A stretch of 3,353 nt of DNA, the filler included, from an uncultured virus (IMG/VR IMGVR_UViG_2061766007_000696) (taxonomy: Duplodnaviria > Heunggongvirae > Uroviricota > Caudoviricetes). It is 2 parts of one record of this genome, joined end to end, with 100 filler letters (N's around TTAATTAATTAA, not from the genome) between each part and the next. Parts side by side here need not be neighbours in the genome. Positions count along the whole stretch, not along the records: positions 1 to 2,545 come from IMGVR_UViG_2061766007_000696; positions 2,646 to 3,353 come from IMGVR_UViG_2061766007_000696. One strand, given 5' to 3'. Positions within the stretch are counted from its first letter, which is position 1, and every line of letters starts with the position of its first letter. The notes beneath the pieces were generated by a model. It was not told the origin of the DNA and did not search any database. It saw only the letters and a program-made list of their open reading frames with translations. The position numbers and the translations under genes were made by a program. Positions 1 through 3,353 of this stretch are shown in pieces.

Positions 1-5
1 ATTTT

Positions 6-10
6 TTTAT
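6..10 (+). other. Insertion target motif / predicted TnpB transposon-adjacent motif (TAM) 5'-TTTAT
   Basis: TTTAT ends 18 nt before the left hairpin. The tetranucleotide at the hairpin foot is AAAA (25-28), which under the IS608-type guide/cleavage-site pairing scheme predicts TTAT. It lies at +15..+18 from the inferred end, close to +16..+19 in IS608. Confidence 0.75.
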
Positions 11-19
11 AAACATCAA

Positions 20-59
20 GGCAGAAAACCCACTACTCTTGAGTGGTGGGATGAATGCC
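20..59 (+). repeat. Left-end subterminal hairpin (TnpA recognition structure)
   Basis: CCCACTACTC (29-38) pairs with GAGTGGTGGG (41-50) with one G:T. Outer GGCA (20-23) can pair with TGCC (56-59). Confidence 0.88.
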
Positions 60-107
60 GTCTCATAGACTAAAGTTTTACTGTAAATGGTATTTTTTAG
101 TAAAATA

Positions 108-116
108 TGATATAAT
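108..116 (+). promoter_or_regulatory. Putative sigma70/sigmaA extended -10 promoter for tnpB/omegaRNA
   Basis: TGATATAAT matches the TGnTATAAT consensus exactly and ends 42 nt before the tnpB ATG. The -35 position (TGGTAT, 88-93) is a poor match. Confidence 0.6.
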
Positions 117-145
117 ATATACATAGGATAATCCTAAATCTATAG

Positions 146-152
146 AAAGGAG
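146..152 (+). promoter_or_regulatory. Shine-Dalgarno site of tnpB
   Basis: AAAGGAG ends 6 nt before the ATG at 159. Confidence 0.85.
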
Positions 153-158
153 AAACTT

Positions 159-1409
159 ATGTATCTTACAGTAAAACAACAGGTTAAACATCTGTCAAAA
201 GAAGACTATAAATCAATTAAGGAACTTTGCCATATAGCAAAGAACTTAACTAATCAGGCAATCTATAATGTAAGACAATACTACTTCAATGAAGGCGAGT
301 ATCTAAACTATGAGAAGAACTACGCTCTTTTAAAGTCATCTGAAAACTATAAATTACTCAACTCAAATATGGCTCAGCAGATACTTAAAGAAGTAGATGG
401 CAGTTTCAAGTCATTCTTTGGTTTACTGAAGCTTGCTAAAAAAGGCAAGTATGCTTTTAAAGATTGTAAATTACCTAATTATCTTCCGAAAGACGGATAT
501 ACTACTCTTGTGATTGGTTTTGTAAGGCTTAATGGAAATAAGCTAATACTTCCATTTTCAAACACTTATAAGAAGACCCATAAAAGTGTAGAGATTACAA
601 TACCACCGATTTTACTTGATAAAAAAGTTAAAGAGATACGCATAATACCAAAGGCAAACGCTAGGTTCTTTGAAATCCAGTACATATATGAAGCTGAAAA
701 TATTCAAAGAAATCTAAATCAAAACAATGTACTAGCTTTAGACTTGGGAATAAATAATCTCGTAACTGCTGTATCAAGCGAAGGTAAGTCATTCATCGTT
801 GATGGAAAACGACTTAAATCTATCAATCAGTGGTATAACAAGCGTAATGCTCAGTTGCAGTCAATTAAAGACAAACAGCATTTGAGTTATAGACCAACTA
901 ACAGGCAAAAAGCTAATACCAGAGATAGAAACAATAAAGTTAATGATTATATGAACAAGGCTGCTCGTAAAATCATAGACTATTGCGTTTCTAATAATAT
1001 AGGAACTCTTGTTGTTGGTTATAATGAAACATTCCAGCATAATACAGATATGGGGAAAAGAAACAATCAAAACTTTGTAAATATCCCATACGGTCAATTA
1101 CGCTCTAAATTAGAATATCTCTGTGAGCTAAATAGTATTGTGTTTGTAAAACAGGAAGAAAGCTATACATCTAAATCCTCATTTTGGGATAAAGATGAAC
1201 TTCCAGTTTACAATAATGATAATCCAAAAACATATACATTTAGCGGTAATAGAATTCACAGAGGAATGTATCAATGTAAAAATGGTAAATGCCTTAATGC
1301 TGATGTAAACGGAGCACTTAATATCCTACGTAAAAGTAACGTTGTGTCCTTAGACGGACTATACGCTAGGGGTGATGTGGACACGCCTGTAAGAATAAGG
1401 ATTGCCTGA
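159..1409 (+). CDS. tnpB: RNA-guided endonuclease TnpB (IS200/IS605 OrfB), 416 aa
   Basis: RuvC-I LALDLGINNL (D195), RuvC-II region LVVGYN with downstream QEESYTSK (E333/E334), RuvC-III NADVNGALNI (D382). The N-terminal helical region (AKNLTNQAIY...AQQILK..DGSFKSFF) is typical of TnpB. Strong RBS, TGA stop, enclosed by IS ends. Confidence 0.96.
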   Translation: MYLTVKQQVKHLSKEDYKSIKELCHIAKNLTNQAIYNVRQYYFNEGEYLNYEKNYALLKSSENYKLLNSNMAQQILKEVDGSFKSFFGLLKLAKKGKYAFKDCKLPNYLPKDGYTTLVIGFVRLNGNKLILPFSNTYKKTHKSVEITIPPILLDKKVKEIRIIPKANARFFEIQYIYEAENIQRNLNQNNVLALDLGINNLVTAVSSEGKSFIVDGKRLKSINQWYNKRNAQLQSIKDKQHLSYRPTNRQKANTRDRNNKVNDYMNKAARKIIDYCVSNNIGTLVVGYNETFQHNTDMGKRNNQNFVNIPYGQLRSKLEYLCELNSIVFVKQEESYTSKSSFWDKDELPVYNNDNPKTYTFSGNRIHRGMYQCKNGKCLNADVNGALNILRKSNVVSLDGLYARGDVDTPVRIRIA

Positions 1410-1515
1410 GTAATCGGGTGGAAACTTAAATATCAAACTTCTTAAAAAGAGCCGAATGGCTCAACGAAGCCCACTTCCTTTAGGTGGTGGGTAGTTCACG
1501 AAATATAAAGAGGAT
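1365..1515 (+). ncRNA. Predicted TnpB omegaRNA (reRNA): scaffold to 1499 plus about 16-nt guide from flanking DNA; boundaries approximate
   Basis: TnpB guide RNAs are known to derive from the element right end, overlap the end of the ORF and take the guide from 3' flanking DNA. Visible stems: 1368-1388, 1400-1419, 1449-1462 (GAGCC-GAAT-GGCTC) and 1470-1491. Loop GTGGA (1377-1381) can pair with terminal TTCAC. Confidence 0.72.
1466..1499 (+). repeat. Right-end subterminal hairpin with guide GAAG and cleavage site (T)TCAC
   Basis: CCCACTTCCT (1470-1479) pairs with AGGTGGTGGG (1482-1491) with one G:T and one T:T. GAAG (1466-1469) at the foot matches TCAC (1496-1499) under the IS608 pairing scheme. 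Confidence 0.88.
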
Positions 1516-1519
1516 TGTA

Positions 1520-1706
1520 ATGTTGATCTTANNNNNNNNNNTCCTCTGATAAAGATGAAATAAAAATGGTAACACAAGAATAGGCAATTAATATTATATG
1601 TGATGCTTGTAAAGAATGGTTGCTAACAGATTTTAATGACAGAATATTTCTGTCAGAAGAGATAATGCAGTTAATTGGGGATGTCATGCCAGCTATGTGG
1701 TGGTGA
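1520..1706 (+). CDS. Small hypothetical protein spanning an N gap, with one in-frame TAG (recoded gene or pseudogene)
   Basis: RBS-like AAAGAGGA (1507-1514) precedes ATG 1520 (MLIL), then 10 Ns. From 1542 the frame reads SSDKDEIKMVTQE*AINIICDACKEWLLTDFNDRIFLSEEIMQLIGDVMPAMWW to tandem TGA-TAA (1704-1709). Joining 1520 to 1542 requires that the gap is not exactly 10 nt. Not in the supplied ORF track. Confidence 0.45.
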
Positions 1707-1735
1707 TAATATATAATATTAAAGGAGATAAAAAC

Positions 1736-2218
1736 ATGAAAAAGGCAAAAGTAGGGGACAAATTTATTATTGAGATTGCAGATGTAATCGATGGTGGTGA
1801 GACAGGTTGTCCACAGTACAGAATCAAAGGATTTGACAAAGTATTTTTTGATGATAAGGGACTCGGAATACTTGAGGAATACTTTGATAATGATTTTAAC
1901 GCTGCTTGTAGAATTGGTGCTGAAGCTGTCTGGAAAATGGCACATGAAATTATGGAAATGCCGATACATGAAAGAGCGGAAATGTTTGGTATTTCTCATA
2001 ATCAGGCATGTTTTAAAGATATCAGTGCTAAATTCGATGTTTATGATGCTGCTGAAAAGTTTTATAACAACGTAGAAAAACAAAAAGAAATAAGTCGCAG
2101 AGAAGAAATCCAGGATAAGCTTGCAAAATTTGCTGAAGAAAATGGTATCCTGATGAATGAGATNNNNNNNNNNNNNNNNNNNNAGAGGGAAGAGCAAACA
2201 AATGAAAACATGTCCTAA
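1736..2218 (+). CDS. Hypothetical protein, phage-like, about 160 aa (contains a 20-N gap)
   Basis: Strong RBS AAAGGAG (1721-1727) before ATG 1736, preferred over the GTG at 1697. Natural composition (MKKAKVGDKFIIEIADVID...). The 3' end overlaps the next start; the exact stop depends on the true gap length. Confidence 0.8.
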   Translation: MKKAKVGDKFIIEIADVIDGGETGCPQYRIKGFDKVFFDDKGLGILEEYFDNDFNAACRIGAEAVWKMAHEIMEMPIHERAEMFGISHNQACFKDISAKFDVYDAAEKFYNNVEKQKEISRREEIQDKLAKFAEENGILMNEXXXXXXXXREEQTNENMS

Positions 2219-2545
2219 ATGTGGTTTTAGTATGATGTTGCATAAAGACGAAAAGGATTCTTATTGGAAGTGCACAAATTGTGAGCATACAATAAATTAT
2301 AAAGAGAAATCTGAGAACAGCGCGGTTAAATACTTGTTTAACATAGTTCTTGCGGTTATAATTGCCGGACTCTGTATTATGTGTTTTCATCTTAACGCAA
2401 AGGTTCAGACTCTTACTAAGAAAAATGATTATCTGACAGAGAGAGTTCATTATAAGGAATATAATGATTTGGAAATTCTTCCTTGTCCTTATTGTAAAAA
2501 TGAGGCTGAATTATATGATGTAGGTACTTATTATAAGCAGTATTT
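2202..2545 (+). CDS. Zinc-ribbon membrane protein with Lar-like C-terminal CPxC motif, 3'-truncated by contig end
   Basis: ATG 2202 with purine-rich GAGGGAAGAG upstream. CPKC-x16-CTNC zinc ribbon, hydrophobic segment YLFNIVLAVIIAGLCIMCFHL, short coiled-coil-like stretch, then EILPCPYCKNEAEL, which resembles the 'LxPCPFCGxxA' start of phage Lar restriction-alleviation-like zinc fingers. Confidence 0.75.
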
Positions 2546-2645
2546 NNNNNNNNNNNNNNNNNNNNNNNNNNNNNNNNNNNNNNNNNNNNTTAATTAATTA
2601 ANNNNNNNNNNNNNNNNNNNNNNNNNNNNNNNNNNNNNNNNNNNN
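2546..2645. other. Artificial contig linker: N44-TTAATTAATTAA-N44 (100 bp, stops in all six frames)
   Basis: Exactly 44 N + 12 nt + 44 N = 100. TTAATTAATTAA is the palindromic six-frame stop spacer used when concatenating contigs. Confidence 0.93.
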
Positions 2646-2647
2646 AT

Positions 2648-3353
2648 CTAAATTATGTCAAACATGAGGAACAAAAGATTGGTATATGGGGGGCTGCAGG
2701 TGGCAGAGTCCATGATGCACTCCAAGCATGTATTGACACTCATTGTGATGAATCCATCATAGCAAAATCCATTGAAGAAGAATTATCCGATTTGGAAATG
2801 ATTGGTGTTGAATTTCCACTTGATAAAAATGGAAATCCAACAATAAAAAATAATTACTTGGCGAATATGTTGNNNNNNNNNNNNNNNNNNNNTAAATTTG
2901 AGACAGAACAGCTTATTTTGTATCCGATTCCGAATCATCCGAATAGTTATATGCAAGGTTATATTGATGTTATAAAGTATGAGGATGATGGAAGTATTTC
3001 AATTATTGACTGGAAAACTTCCTCACAATTTTCAGGTGAACATTTAATATCTGCTGGCAGACAATTAATTTTTTACGCTCTTGCTAAACAAGCAGAAGGA
3101 TACAAAATTAAACGAATAATGTGGTGCATGTTAAAATACTGTATTACAACTTGGACATTAAAAAATGGCAAAACCAAAGAAAAGATTTCTGAATGGCGAA
3201 ACCTTATAAAAGATTTACGCCCTACTCTTGAAAAAAGATTATCTGATGCTGGTTATGATGACTTTGATATAGACATGATGATGACTGAGGCACAGGCTAA
3301 TAATTCATTAGATAGTTTTCCAGAGGAAATACGTAAACAGTTTAAAACGAGAA
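2648..3353 (+). CDS. PD-(D/E)XK nuclease (RecB/AddB/Cas4-like exonuclease family), partial at both ends
   Basis: Manual translation is open from 2648 to the window end, in frame across the 20-N gap: LNYVKHEEQKIGIWGAAGGRVHDALQ...KFETEQLIL...MQGYIDVIKYEDDGSISIIDWKTSSQF...GRQLIFYALA...FPEEIRKQFKTR. Motifs: G..VH helix, GYID (D at 2966), DWK (3008-3016), QxxxY (3062-3076). Absent from the ORF track, presumably because no stop lies in the window. Confidence 0.9.

Larger units (their letters stand above)
11..1499 (+). mobile_element. IS200/IS605-family insertion sequence, IS1341-like (tnpB only, non-autonomous), about 1489 bp
   Basis: A single tnpB ORF lies between two similar subterminal hairpins (CCCACTACTCTTGAGTGGTGGG at 29-50; CCCACTTCCTTTAGGTGGTGGG at 1470-1491). 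TTTAT (6-10) is immediately 5' of the inferred left end and TTCAC (1495-1499) is at the inferred right end. There are no terminal inverted repeats or target duplication, as expected for Y1/HUH-transposed elements, and no room for a tnpA ORF. Confidence 0.9.

Noticed and set aside
12..16. Alternative left end after AACAT (guide GAAA)
   Set aside because: GAAA would predict TCAT, not ACAT. The hairpin-adjacent AAAA matches TTAT at 7-10 with IS608-like spacing and the same register as the right end.
11..158. IStron (group I intron-IS chimera) or IS607-type element
   Set aside because: The left end is only about 150 nt, too short for a group I intron core. Paired subterminal hairpins indicate IS200/IS605, and there is no serine recombinase gene.
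861..1097. 78-aa minus-strand ORF
   Set aside because: Lies wholly antisense to tnpB. Its Ile/Phe/Ser-rich composition is typical of a shadow ORF, and it has no Y1 TnpA HUH motif.
29..1491. CRISPR array / Cas12f-Cas4 system suggested by the two similar hairpins plus a Cas4-like nuclease
   Set aside because: There are only two copies, 1.4 kb apart, explained as IS ends. There is no repeat-spacer periodicity and no cas1/cas2, and the nuclease lies beyond an artificial join.
1449..1491. Rho-independent terminator after tnpB
   Set aside because: The hairpins lack a following U-tract on the plus strand and are better explained as omegaRNA/right-end structures.
1708..1720. TATAAT box and AATAT-ATA-ATATT palindrome before the 1736 gene
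   Set aside because: No acceptable -35 or TG extension, and pure A/T palindromes are expected by chance at this composition.
1791..2075. 94-aa plus-strand alternative-frame ORF
   Set aside because: Nested in the better-supported 1736-2218 gene, with no convincing RBS or motif.
1529..2197. 222-aa minus-strand ORF
   Set aside because: Antisense shadow of plus-strand genes that have clear RBSs. It starts at and crosses N gaps and has an unnatural Phe/Ile/Ser-rich composition.
2028..2450. 140-aa minus-strand ORF
   Set aside because: Antisense to two plus-strand genes, spans a gap and has no recognisable features.
2157..2597. ORF-track boundaries of the zinc-ribbon gene
   Set aside because: The start at 2157 runs straight into Ns and ATG 2202 is more plausible. 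The stop at 2597 comes from the synthetic linker.

Overview
AT-rich window with two parts. (1) Positions 11-1499 hold an apparently complete, non-autonomous IS200/IS605-family element (IS1341-like, tnpB only, no tnpA). It has a TTTAT target/TAM at 6-10, matching subterminal hairpins at both ends, a 416-aa TnpB with a rearranged RuvC-II site, and a right-end omegaRNA scaffold ending at TTCAC (1499), so the predicted guide begins at 1500. (2) The element sits just upstream of tightly packed, same-strand, phage-like genes: a short ORF with one in-frame TAG (possible TAG->Gln recoding or nonsense mutation), a ~160-aa hypothetical protein, a zinc-ribbon/transmembrane/Lar-like protein, and a partial PD-(D/E)XK nuclease. 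There are short N gaps and an artificial 100-bp N44-TTAATTAATTAA-N44 contig linker (2546-2645), so the nuclease gene may not really be adjacent to the rest. All family calls come from motif recognition; no database searches were run.
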